DNA of 62,495 nt, counting the filler, from Rhabdomonas costata (Eukaryota): the NCBI GenBank assembly GCA_019059605.1. It is 18 parts of 18 records of this genome, joined end to end, with 100 filler letters (N's around TTAATTAATTAA, not from the genome) between each part and the next. Parts side by side here need not be neighbours in the genome. Positions count along the whole stretch, not along the records: positions 34,863 to 38,233 come from JAHMHO010000938.1; positions 38,334 to 41,700 come from JAHMHO010000939.1; positions 41,801 to 45,166 come from JAHMHO010000940.1; positions 45,267 to 48,637 come from JAHMHO010000941.1; positions 48,738 to 52,103 come from JAHMHO010000942.1; 13 more parts are not named here. The stretch is one strand, 5' to 3'. The position numbers were made by a program, and so were the translations under genes. The notes under the pieces were generated by a model. It searched no databases, was not told the origin of the DNA, and saw only the letters and a list, made by a program, of their open reading frames with translations. Position 1 is the stretch's first letter, and each line of letters begins with the position of its first letter. Shown in pieces: positions 36,896 to 49,195 of this stretch.

Positions 36896-38951
36896 AGAGC
36901 CGCCAAGGGGCACGGGTGGGTTCCGGCCTGAGGGTGCAAGCGCCGGCCACGCAGCGTTTTAGCAAAAACTTCGGAACTGCCTCGGATTTGCCCCCATAAA
37001 CATCTGCCATACTAAGTAAAAATCGCGAAAATCCAAATCGCTCTCCAAGTAGGCCCGGCGCTCCCCCCCCTAAATCAGTGCCCTGGGGGAAAGCATGAGG
37101 GTGATGCCACCTTGCCTTGCCCAGCAGGAGGTCCAGCTCGTACTGTGTGCTCATGGCGCTGCGCTGGTGCTGTGTCAGGATCAGGGTTGCCAGGGCGTGA
37201 GAGGAGGCTAGGGAGGGGGCAGCGCTACTCAGCTTCCCGCGAGACTCCCCGAGCCCTCCCCACAGCGGCAGAGACGACCGTGGAAGCTCCCTTCCCCCCT
37301 CCCTGAAATGCCCTGTGACGACAAAATTCTCCAGGGAGTCCGAGCTCACCGAGGCTGGGCCTGCATGCGTGCGCGAGTACGTCATGAGAGCCCCTCAGCA
37401 TCACAGTACGCCCTCTTGGCCCACAGCGCGCGCGCGAGTGAGGAATGCTCTGACAGGCGATACAAGACGGCGGGTGAAACCGCTTTCGTTGCGCCGCTGT
37501 GGCAGTCTTGGTCTGACGGAAACCACTCCGTGCACGTACGTGTGATTGTAAGACCCGTAGATTGTACGTGTTCATGGTACGACACGTACGCACCAAACAC
37601 GCACCGACAGAGAAGGAAACGGAGAGAGGGGATCGTAGGAGGTGGCGCCATAACCTAAGTCGCTAATATGCGCAAAAAATCGTTTGTTCCGTGTTGTGCA
37701 GTACGAGCGGGAGGATTGCTCGCGTTATTATCCTTAATGCCTTCCATTTACCGATTTGCCGAAAAGTGTGTGTGTGTGTGGACGTGTGTGCGCGCGCGCG
37801 TCATGTACAAGAGTCCGGAATGGCTCTAACATTCAACGCTCACTGTCGGCATTCCAAATAACGCAGAGCGTAAACTCAGAAATGATGCCTTTCAACATCA
37901 GTCATACCAAGGAGAATGGAAAAGCCCTTCACACACATGTGGAAGCCCATCAACATTTTGGAGCGTCCCGGAGCTTTAATCGAAAGCACATAATTTTCAA
38001 ACTCTGAGTTTCGGGATGTACGTTACCTTGCCAAAAAAATCACATTGAACTGAACACTGAAACACGTTCCCTTTCAAGAACGAAAATCAGGTTTGGGCGA
38101 GTGTGCCTTTTCGTCTTTCTGAGGTTTGAATCCTGAGTTTGCAGGGGTATACGACTTTTATCTACTTTTTTTTTTGGGATGTAACTTACCTTAGGTGCAC
38201 AAAAGAATCGCCTCTGTTACACACCCCCCCACCNNNNNNNNNNNNNNNNNNNNNNNNNNNNNNNNNNNNNNNNNNNNTTAATTAATTAANNNNNNNNNNN
38301 NNNNNNNNNNNNNNNNNNNNNNNNNNNNNNNNNTTTTTGGGGGAAATTTCTTCTCCTCGGGAGAAAACTTCATGGAGTGTCCCAGAAAACTAATGGAAAT
38401 CGGCTCCCGCACTCGTGCAATTCCTCCCTGATCCTCCATTTTCTATCCCATTATCCATCTTCTTGGGTCGCAGGAGGACAAAATGTACCACATCCGATAA
38501 AGGGATAAAGAGTTGTGACCACTTATGCAGAGGTAACCATTTGGGTGGTGATTACTCTCTTGCCTTCACTCAAGGCGCACGCGCACGCGAAAACAAGAGA
38601 AAGCAAAAGGGGAAGTCGTAAGTGAAACAACAAGTGCATCATGGACAGTTGGTTTTTGTCCCCTCTCCATGCACACATAACAGTACAGACACCCCTTTCC
38701 TGCCTGTCCTCCTCATGGTGTTCTAATAACGACCGAACTCAAGGCAGAAGCTCAAGAAACTCAAGGACCCTTCACAGCCTCACTGCCCCAATAAGCTGCA
38801 GCGCAGCTCATGGCGAAGGGACTGAGCAGGTAGTCAAGACAGGGATCAATGCGAGTTGGATTGGTACGCCAATGAAAGAAGCGATAGAATGGGAAGGACT
38901 TGGAGGAGAGAAGGGAGGGAGGGAGGTCGTGCAGCGGCCAAGCACATCAAC

Positions 38952-40570
38952 CTTGTACTGCCCCTGCGTGTGGGGTGCGAAGGAGTTCAGCAATGCCCCA
39001 GACTTCCGGTCTAGAAGCCGCACTGTACTATCCAGTGACTGCACCAGGAGGCAGTTGGAGTCCCATGACACCCGAACGTCCGTGATGGACCGCAGTACAC
39101 AGTCTGAGGTGAGCTGGCCCTTTCTCAAGTCAAACGTCCGCACGTACCCTGAGCGCAACGGAGGCAAACTAACAAATGAAATACCACCTGGTAAACCTGC
39201 ACAATGGATGAAGTTCTGCCTTGAGCCTCGAAAAAAGCCAGTCCGGGTCAACGCCAAGTGTGATGCCTCCAATCAACCATAGCTTTCGGTTGTCTGCTGC
39301 TTCCACTGAACTTTCCGTTTGCTGGCTCGTGACTGCTAATCTGTGAAGAGCTGAGGAGGTGCAAACGTTTCCCTAACAAATACTCCGGACCCCCAAAACG
39401 AAAAAATTCAATGTTGAAAGAATAAGCCAACCGATAAGCCAAGAGACAAGTGCCTCTACAATCCAGCCCAACACTCCCCCGCCCAACCACTGTCTAGGTT
39501 TCCTCGTAGCTCTACACAGCGCACCATCCACGCAGCCCGCCACAACCTCCGCGTCGTGCACCCTCACCGCCGTCACGCTATCCGTGAACCCACCCAGGCT
39601 CTGCAGCGGTACTAAGGCCCGGCTGCGAAGGTCCCACAGCTTCACGGTGGAGTCGTACGAGCCCGAGACGAGCACCCCGTCGCCTACCCCGCCGTAAGCC
39701 AGAGTGTTTACCCGCTCGCTGTGCCCGCGGAGCTTCCGCGAGGGCGTGTCTCGGGTCACATCCCTATCAAAAATGGCATAGCTCAGACATGCGCACCCAA
39801 GACGCAACACCAGCACGATATATGCTCATATAAATCACGACAGCAACAAATACATGAAAACGCTTCCTCGAGGATTTCGCAGCGCGGAGCCGCATACAAC
39901 CCTAACACGCTTACCAATCATGTTCTGACTGGTAGCACGTTGAGCATCTATTCCTCGCCGAGTGACAGTCATTAACTCAATGATACCCACCACTTAGACG
40001 GGCAGGACACTTGCCACGACACTTGGGGAAATAGCAGACGAGAGCAAAAAAAAAAGCTGAAAAAGCCACAAAGTACTGAAATAGCAGGCACCCATGTGCC
40101 CCGCACAAATTCCCTGCTCATAGGTATCGTGCAGCTCTTCTTCAAACCACGCATCCAACCAGAAAAACTTCCGTTATGTGCGTAATTCGTGTACGCGGGT
40201 TCCCGTTCAACGATCGAGCTGCCGACGTAGAGAACGTTGAGAAAACTTCAGCATTTTCCCTGTTAATTCGGAGGCAGCAGCAGGCCTACCAGACTAATAT
40301 GGCCTTGTCCAGGCCAGCCGACGCGAACCCCGCGTTGTCCGAGGTAATCGCCAGGTCCTGCACGGCGTAGGTGTGGGCACGGTAGGCCTTCACCAGCCGC
40401 CCGTTGTGGGGGTTCCACAGCTTCACCAGCCGGTCATCCCCACAGGACATACAGTACGCCCCGTCCCGACTAAACCGCAGCCCACACACCGCGCCCTCGT
40501 GGGCGGCGGCAAGAGTCCGAACGGGCACTGTAGGCACGGCCACAGCCCCCGCGGCGGGAACCTCGCTCAT
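38952..40570 (-). CDS. WDR83: WD40 protein, WDR83/MORG1-like (exons 40570-40290, 39763-39525, 39148-38952; 3' end missing)
   Basis: HEGAVCGLRFSRDGAYCMSCGDDRLVKLWNPHNG; GHSERVN; VSGSYDSTVKLWDLRSR...PLQSL..FTDSVT; GCVDGYVRTFDLRKG; SLDSTVRLLDRKSGALL. Intron phases are consistent. Confidence 0.88.
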
Positions 40571-41800
40571 TGGGGGCCACACAAAACAAAAGCACGAAAA
40601 AAAACTATCGCGGTCCCACAAGCCCTGAGGAAATAAAGAATAGAAAAGGAATGCAGCTTTAATACGCAGGTGGACAGACCCACTGCGCACTTTCCTAACT
40701 TTTGCCACAAAAACCAGAGTACCAGCTTGAGTAGCAGGATCCGCAACGTGTCAGTGGGGTAAGCAGCATACAGAAAAGAAAAAACCAAGCCTATTGCAAA
40801 CAAACGTTTGGGCTTGCGACTCTCCCCGTCACACGCCCAACCACCCAATCCAGGCTGACAGCGGAAGAAGGGGGATCTCACTTATCGCTTGATCGTCCGG
40901 AACACAACAGTCCATTCCAGTCAAAACGCGAGCGTTTGTGAAACCCTAAAATCAAAATGAAAAAACAACCCAGCCACTTTCCTCCGTTCCTTCACCACTG
41001 AAATCGTCACGATTTGCCTCATTATTAAGGTCCATTTTGGACTATAGCTCATGCCTGAACTGCAACAAGGCACACAAATTCACATCATGAGACAACGCTT
41101 GGACAGTGGCAGTTCGCTCCGAGATTCTCCAACTTTTTTGCGATGCCACACCTTTTTCTGCAGTTCGAATCTAAAGGCTCACATGCCAAAGTTGGAGAAA
41201 CTTCTTCGTGCCGAAAAAGACACAGCCATATCAAAACAGTCGTAACAACCTCAGGGAACCCAAGGTCTGGAGAAAAGTTTCACATCATTGCAAAGTTAGT
41301 CTGCGGGTGAGCACGGGCATTTACGTTTTGCGGTCAAGGGACAACACTGGCAATGCGGGACAAGAGAAGGACAATGGTGAAAGAGGAGGTACGATCAACA
41401 TCCGGTCAACACACATTGGAAGCACAGAACCTACTCAGAAGTCTCGTCTGACGTAAAAGAGGGGGGAGCGTCCCTTTCACCCTTGCTGTCAGCTACTACC
41501 AGTAGCGGCATGGGTGTGAGCCAGAAACTGGACAGGATATCGGGTATTAACAACTAAACGGAATGATGAGGCATGGAAATTTCATTACTTGCACCACTTT
41601 CGACGGAACCGAGACAGGGACGAAGCAACCCGTCTCCAGACTAAACAGGCGCAACATATGCACAGGGAAAGATCATGACCAATGATTAAAAACACCACCC
41701 NNNNNNNNNNNNNNNNNNNNNNNNNNNNNNNNNNNNNNNNNNNNTTAATTAATTAANNNNNNNNNNNNNNNNNNNNNNNNNNNNNNNNNNNNNNNNNNNN

Positions 41801-43200
41801 GGTGGTGTTGGAGAAAGGATATAGATCGATTCTGCCTCCACTGATGGACTCCTAAGGCATTATCTTCCACAGGGAGCACATTCAGAGCCGATCTATATCC
41901 TTTCTCCAACATTAGATAAACCGCTTTACCTCTAGATCTACGTTCTATCGTCTTTAGCGTGGCTTGCACAACTGCGGGCAACGTCTTTGCCTTTCTAACT
42001 ACAAGACCAGAGCTATTTGCAAGCGTTAACTGCGACGTGGTCGTCCCCCCATTGACTGGGGCGGGTTTGGTTTCACTTCTTTCTTCCGAAGCTCTTATGA
42101 GGATGCGGATGGGAACTTTAGCTTGGGTGGGCAAATTTGTGGGACAGGAGAGGCCAGGATTCCTGCTCCCTCTATTTTTGGTACTCCACTTTTCTTGGTG
42201 GTTCCCCAGCCACTTCTGTCACTTGTTTTCGGTCGTACAGTTCCGTTTTAGCTAGTTTACAATATCTGTAAACGTGTGCGGGGCTCAAGCAGTAAACAAT
42301 ACCCGTTTATGTTGCTCCGGGGCTTTCGATTCCTCCAGCCCTGACCTTGCAAACGGCGAAGCCAGATCACCTTTCTGCAGCAGGCTCTCTGCAACCTGTT
42401 GCTGGCGTTTCTGGCGAATTGCCTCGCATTGGCTTGGTGGGATCTGCGGCCTTCCACTTATCGCTATAGAGTGGGGCCTATATCTCCATATATCCTCTTC
42501 CACCACAAAATGCTCCTCCACCAACCAAACGTCGGTCTCCTCTATGGCGAGAGGGTTCGAGTTGCGTTTACCTGCATCTCATGTGTGGCGTTAAACACCA
42601 ACGGTCTTGCTGGGACTATGGCCGCCAAAGTTTGTGGGACTGACACAGCAAACAAACCAGCACTCCGGCTCACAGTCGCTGAACTCGGCCCCTATCCGAA
42701 CACAGGTCGGTGGGGCACATTTACCGAATCACCTTTATCACACGACGTCAGAAACGCTGTGCTTCCAGAAAACGGGGTATATCCGTAACGCATAGCATTT
42801 AAATCCATAGAATAGCCACCCTCTGCAACAGTCCTGTGTAGCTGAGCTTCCGAAACTACTAATATAACTTGGGGAGGGGTTATTGGTTTCAGAAAATACC
42901 CATGCGCTAATTCCATGGCCTCGTGCAGGGTCTGCGGATGCTTGGACATCACTTTAGCTTGTATCTACTTCCAAGCCTCTAACGAACAAATACTTCTGCA
43001 ACGACTCGTTGTAAAACATTGTGCCATTTAGCAGGTTGATTCCCGTAACTAACTGTTGGTTGTGGAACTAGAAGTTCCTGTCAGTCATCTTTAGCTTTTC
43101 CAGTCTCCACACTACGTTGTAATCACAAGTATGATGACAGAGCCTTTTCTTTAACGTTTCCACAAAACCTTTCCAGTCCACAAATGTCTGACCTGGCGCC
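41801..43200 (-). mobile_element. Decayed Ty3/gypsy-like LTR retrotransposon gag (and possibly protease) remnant
   Basis: Hand translation: VDWKGFVETLKKRL...VVWRLEKLKMTDRNF*...KYLFVRGL, frameshift, AKVMSKHPQTLHEAMELAH. This fits the retrotransposon gag pattern with a stop and a frameshift. Confidence 0.7.
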
Positions 43201-45484
43201 ATCACAAGTCCAATATATCTCGATCAACGAAAAAGAAGTTTTGCGCTGACCTGTTGGAAAAACCCCAGTTCTGGGGACGCACACCCACCCACACAGAGAT
43301 TTAGCTGAACACGCTCTTCTGAAGGCTTTGCACCACCTGCGTAGGTGGATAACTTTAGCCTGTCTCCATCGCCCTGCTGTACCTCGATTGAACTGCTACC
43401 ACGAGACCTCTGTCGCGACGCCTCTGGCTTTATCTCCTTGCTAGCTGGCTTTGACTCTCCCCCTTGGGGCTCTGCGCGCCTGCTCTAAGCGTGGATGTAT
43501 CCGGGCTTCTCTGGTGCTGTAGGATCTTCCTCCTCGCTGCGCTCAATTTGAATATGATACAAAACCCTCTGCTACCACATGTCAATGTGGTAATTCTCTT
43601 GAACACTGCGCTCCGGATCTTTGGATCTTGAACAACCTTCTGCTACCACCTGTAACACACCGTCTACCGAGCCTCTTACGTGCCTCCTACCTCTTGCGGG
43701 TGGTCGTGGCTCTTGGCTCCGCTTATGACAGCCTGTATCGCGACTTATCTTGCACTAAGTGGGCGCTGCCACGGTGTAAACACATGGCTTCCTCTCTTTG
43801 TGCTCTATAGTCTGTCGCCGCGGTGTGGGCTATATCTATGGTTCCTGGCTTGGGTGTGGCGTCGGGCTCTTTGACTTCGCGCTTGCTTGCTCTAGCTGGG
43901 GGCGAGGGTTCTTTAGCTGATGCGGAGACGGGGTTTTGGGGAAAACGGGTGGTTTACCTGGACTTTTCTTGCTGTGAATTTTGCTGGCTTCTCGTTTCAA
44001 AGGCCTTTTCTTTCGAGGGTTCCGCTGGGAGGTGTGGTCCTGGAGGTCTTGCCTCTTCTCAGCCGTCCGCTTACGCATTTCACACCCAAAAACAAGGCAA
44101 GCAATAAGGGAACGGCACCAAAGCACAGCACAGGGGAAAGTGAGAAGTTTCAGCTCTCAACCTTTAGCCATGACTCGCCTCCAGCTTGCTTTTAGCATGT
44201 CCCCGCTGAGCTTTTAGCTGTGACCTGTAATATAGGTGAACAGCTTTCTAATCACAACCAAAAACACCACGAAAACCAAAGTATACCCAAATCAAACTCA
44301 ACAAAAGAGCATCCGACGTCGGACGTCGGTTTTCAGACTTCTTTATCGGGATCTCTCTCCTAATCTCTTTAAATCGGCGTTGAAGAACACCGACTTGTTC
44401 CTCTTTTAATTCTCCAACCGCTCGTTGTGAAAATCCTCCATTCTGCAGGATCTTGATCTCGTCAATTCTCGCTGGGAAAACCCTCAACAAACGCGTGCAC
44501 ATGCGCATCCAAGATTGCTTTTATCCTGGTAAGCCTTTATCTCCTTTAGCTTTCTGTTCACCCATTGCCTTGCCTCAAGCCTTTCCCGTCTACTTTAGCA
44601 CCTCTCTTCTTATTTTTGGGGTGCGCTTTATCTCTTCTCCTCGCTGCTCGCTGTCATATGTTCTTGCTCTTGCTTCGTCTTCGTCCTCAGCTTTCTTCCC
44701 TTCCACTGCTCCCATATATATCCCGTGGCTTCTTCCACTGGCTTTATCAAAATGCACCACTTCTACATCAAGTCTTGGGCTTTTCCAAAGTCCCATCTCA
44801 CCAACAGTATTTTGTGCTCAGCAACAACCCATGAACTGAATCTTCATCGGGAGCTGGTCAACCATTTCCCCCAAATCTTTGTTATATCAACTACTCTTTT
44901 TTTCACTCTGTCGAAAACGGCGCTGAAAATCGGGACGACTTTATCCACCCGAAGACTCTCCTACGTGTCCTGGGCCGGAACTGGCTCCAGACTTCGTCCG
45001 GCGGCGGACGGGTAGAAGGGACGCATTCGAGTTTTAGGATTTCCGCCTTTCTAAGTATTGCGCGCCGTGAATCGAACTCCAACTCTCGGACTCCAACTTC
45101 CATAGTTGCAGTTACTGCGTTGAATTTTGTTTTGACATTCATTACGCTCATCATGAGATGTCGCGGNNNNNNNNNNNNNNNNNNNNNNNNNNNNNNNNNN
45201 NNNNNNNNNNTTAATTAATTAANNNNNNNNNNNNNNNNNNNNNNNNNNNNNNNNNNNNNNNNNNNNTGTTTGTGGTTGGTGTGGTTCTCGGGAGTTTTCG
45301 CCCACCGGAAATACCGTGCGGCAGCGTCGCGATGTCATTGAGGTGGGCTGCGTGGGGGGGGGGGCACGACAGGTCCTCCTATGCCTGCGGGTTGCTTCTT
45401 ATTCCTGATGGGCACATTTGCTTTTCTGATCCAACGGCAACGGGCCTGCCTGCATTGCTATTCCTTCGACTGTCTTGCTCCAGG

Positions 45485-45811
45485 AACACGGTGCTGCGGG
45501 TGAAGTGGAATCCTGGGGTGCCGTGGCAGCTGCTGTCCGGGGGCCGGGACTGTGCGGTGCGGCTGACAGACCTGCGGATGATGGCCGAGCCCTTTGCCGC
45601 GTTTGAAGGGCACAAGAAAGAGGTCACCGCGCTGGACTGGCACCCCGCGCATTCCGACCTCTTTGCCAGCGGGGACGGCGCGGGGGCGCTGGCATACTGG
45701 CTGGTAGGCCCGTACCACGGTCATGGAAACGCTCCCAGGGAGGACGTCGGTGGCGGGGGGACCGGCTCCGTGGCAGCCCGGCACGGTCGGGAGGTGGTCC
45801 CACCCTTATCC

Positions 45812-45844
<33 letters not shown>

Positions 45845-47035
45845 AAACGCCCTGTCTTTTTGTCTTTGCGTGCTCCGCGTGCGGCACACTCAAGGATTAA
45901 AAAGGTCAAGTGTTCAGTTGTCAAATTCGGAACCCGAATCTGCTTTTACTCGATGCAGGGGCTTGCAAGCAAGGGTATGGCGCCTCCTCTCCCGTTCCAA
46001 GTCGAGGTGGGAATTGTGCTGGCGCTTTCTTCTCACCTCGCACGGAGTTGGGGGGGGGGTTCTCTCAGGTGATCCATCCCATTGCGGAAGTTCCGAACGC
46101 TCACTGCAGCCACGCGACGAACTCGACGATCTGGGACATCAAGTGGCACCCTCTCGGGCACATGGTGTGAGCTTGTGCGCATGCATTTCGACCGCACAAG
46201 CTAGACGCCCTTGCTTCGTCCATTATGTTCACGCCACTGTTCCCTTCCTTTGTCAGCTTGTCACGGTGGGGAACGACATTTACTGCAAGATCTGGGGGCG
46301 CCGCAAGCCAGGTGTCTCTTTTTTTCTTCCCCTCCTCTCCGCTTTGCGAACTCGCTGCCCTCTCTTTCTTTTACTGTTGAGCGCAGGGGTGAGTTGATGC
46401 GTCCTTTCCGGTGTCCCCATGGTCTGTTTGCTTCCTGCTGCAACGCAGGACAACTTGAGGACGCCAAGGAAATCCGTCCGGATGGCTCTGTGCTGCAACC
46501 CGCGGCAGCGCAGAAACCAGAGGCCAGGCAAACCGGGGGCAGGTTTGCGCGCCTGTGTGTTTGCGTTTATTAAGTCTTTTTTCTGGCATTTCTGTTATGA
46601 GCGAGTCTGGATCGCTCCGTTTCGTCTTAGCAAGACCGCACCTAGCTGTGCGTTTTCGGTGTCTAGCTGTCTAGAATTTCTGCTTTGGAAAGCACGAGCG
46701 TGAGTTCGGAAATGTGTTTGCTAATTTGGTGTAGCTTGCTATCTGAAGAGAGCGGTGTGAGTGAAATTGCATTCCACGTGGCATTAACACCGCGTTTCCA
46801 GTGCAGTCCTATATATACTGATGCATGCACCCTCAAAGCACCGACATCTGCAAAGAAACATACACATTTCCTGGTACACGATCTATTGGTGCGTATCTTC
46901 CCACACTTGTGCAGGAGAAAGCCCGCCTTCCAAGGTCCCGCCCTGCTGCGGCCTGTGCTCAGCACGGAGTACCGCGACTTGGCGGCCTCGGAAAGCCAAA
47001 AGATGCTTGTCACGTTTGGCGACGAGGATGACTGA
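45485..47035 (+). CDS. WDR33: WDR33/Pfs2/FY-like polyadenylation factor WD40 protein, 3' exons
   Basis: NTVLRVKWN..WQLLSGGRD...DLR...FEGHKKEVTALDWHPAHSDLFASG; AH...IWDIKWHPLGHM|LVTVGNDIYCKIWGRRKPG. Last exon ends VTFGDEDD*. Confidence 0.88.
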
Positions 47036-48450
47036 GTTGAAGCGTGGCGCTTTATGTTTCTGCTTGTGGTTGGCACGATGCTGGATGGAACGCTGGATGC
47101 ACTACTCAAGCGAAGGCAGGATCAACACGAATGGTATTGAAGGATGTATGCCTCATGGTGGCTGAGAAGAGCTAGGGCGAGAGCGAGGGGCCACCGCTTC
47201 GTCCCGAACCGGTTCTTTCGAGTTGTTCAAACCAGCCGCAGCAACGTGACTTGACAGCGCCCAGTACTACACAAATACTTCCAAAAGCCACCGGGCCATC
47301 ATTCCTCCCTTTTCTGTTCTCTTTGTTTGTGGCCCTATAGTCGGGGACGCTGTCTGTCCCCATGTGCTTTTTCCTTGCGCCATGTTTCCTGTGCTAGACG
47401 CGCCAGCGCTTAGATACTGAGTTTGGACCTCCTGCGCCCGCTTTCGGGGATAGTCTGGTTACAGCCGATGTCCAGGTCCGCAGGGGTGCAAATGTATGGC
47501 GTGCGCTGTGGAACTGGAAGCGGCCAATCCGTTTTAGGTCCTTGGTGCTTGTGCGGGGGGCGCCTCGAGCAACCCAACACCGTTCCTTTCCAAAATGCTG
47601 TTACCTTTAGGCTAACCATGCGGTGCCAGTCCATCGCCGTCAGCGGCTTGCGCGTGCTGTGGCGGATCACGTGCGGACTGCTTTCCGGCAAGTGGGCCCG
47701 GCGCAGCACCAAACGTGAAAGAAAGGGGGCTCTTTGCTACCGGCTCCTTCCCGGGGGTCCCAAATGAAAACCCCCATCGATCGTCGGTACTGAACCAATC
47801 ATGAGAACCGTGAAAATTTTCTCTCTGCCCCTCGTAGAACCTCCCGTTCCACCCCTTTCCTAACGTTATTCCGCCTTGTTTCCGGGGGATTGGAAATGGG
47901 TCTGGGTGGTGCTTTAAATATTTGACGCTCGGTCCAAATGGAATCAATAACACCCTGATTATGCATGATTCTATGTGCTTGGCGCTTTGATACCGGAAAT
48001 CGGCGTGACCACCTTAAGACATCCTGACTCACCCGTTGTAGCTTTTCCTGGTTTCATTGTCAAATGTTTGGTCCGTCGAAAGGGCGTGGTAAGTAAGGAT
48101 GGAAGCTTGTTTAGGAAAACACCTTTACAAGAGGAGACCACTCGACTGGTCAAGGAGTTTTGGCGACAGAAGGCCCCTACCTGCCGCGATTGACTTTGGA
48201 AAGCGTGTTAAATTAGCCCGAACATGGTATTTTACGCCCCTTCGTGCGGTCTGCTGCCATCCCATACTCTTGAAGATCTCGATACTTGATACCTTTGCGA
48301 TTCTTCATTGTGGTCCGCCCCAAACAGCTTGAGCAGTGGAGCGGCGAACGTGTTCCAGACAAAGTCGAATGAAAGGCACCGTTCTGGTGTGTGAGTGCGC
48401 TTGCAACTGATAGCTTCAACCCTGGTGGTGGAGAGTGATGGCGGGTCGGC

Positions 48451-48631
48451 TTGTACTCTGAAGTACCTAAGGAACGGATATCCGAGGATCATCGTGATTG
48501 GTGTTGTGATTACCTTGAGCGCTAGTCTGAGTTTGATGTCACCAATTGGAAACACGGGACGAACAAAGGTAATCACAACACCAATCACGATGATCCTCGG
48601 ATATCCGTTCCTTAGGTACTTCAGAGTACAA
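48451..48631. repeat. Perfect 66-bp inverted repeat (48451-48516 / 48566-48631) at contig end
   Basis: Exact reverse complements with a 49-nt spacer. The minus strand reads MILGYPFL, like the end of a retro-protease. Confidence 0.93.
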
Positions 48632-49195
48632 ACAAACNNNNNNNNNNNNNNNNNNNNNNNNNNNNNNNNNNNNNNNNNNNNTTAATTAATTAANNNNNNN
48701 NNNNNNNNNNNNNNNNNNNNNNNNNNNNNNNNNNNNNGTTGGGTGTGTTTTTGTCTTTTGCGAGGGTCCACACAAGAAGCAAGAACAGAAGACAACGAGA
48801 ATGCCGCGTCAGATCGGGTGTGGGATGGGGTTTTCTTCCAGTGGTGACTGGGACGACTGGAGCCTGTTGTAAAACTCTGCAAAGTCTGACTTCCACAGCT
48901 CGCAGTTTCACTTCTTCCGATCAGGTCAAATTAAAAAATCGTGGAGATGTTCCTTGTTCTGCATGTTTTTCGTCCAGAGCGTGACTGGACCCAGATGGGC
49001 AAATTCCCAGAAATGGGAGGGATGGCTGGCGGTAGGTGTTGGGTGGAGTTCGCGCAAAACTCTCTTCTGCTCAGAGAACTGTGAATTATTTCTTCTCCAC
49101 CCTCCTCCCCCTTGCTGTTTTTTTTTCGCAAGGCCTGCTGTATATACAACCCCAGGCCTCCTTCGTCTTTTGTCCTCTTTTTCAATGAGTTGCAG

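Noticed and set aside
36259..37385. Long ORFs spanning the N gap
   Set aside because: Their length comes from Ns. The flanking GC-rich sequence may be exonic but no product can be supported.
47410..47712. Minus-strand HSTRKPLTAMDWH (WD40-like) or plus-strand AVSGLRV (adaptin mu-like)
   Set aside because: Too short, and the strand is ambiguous.
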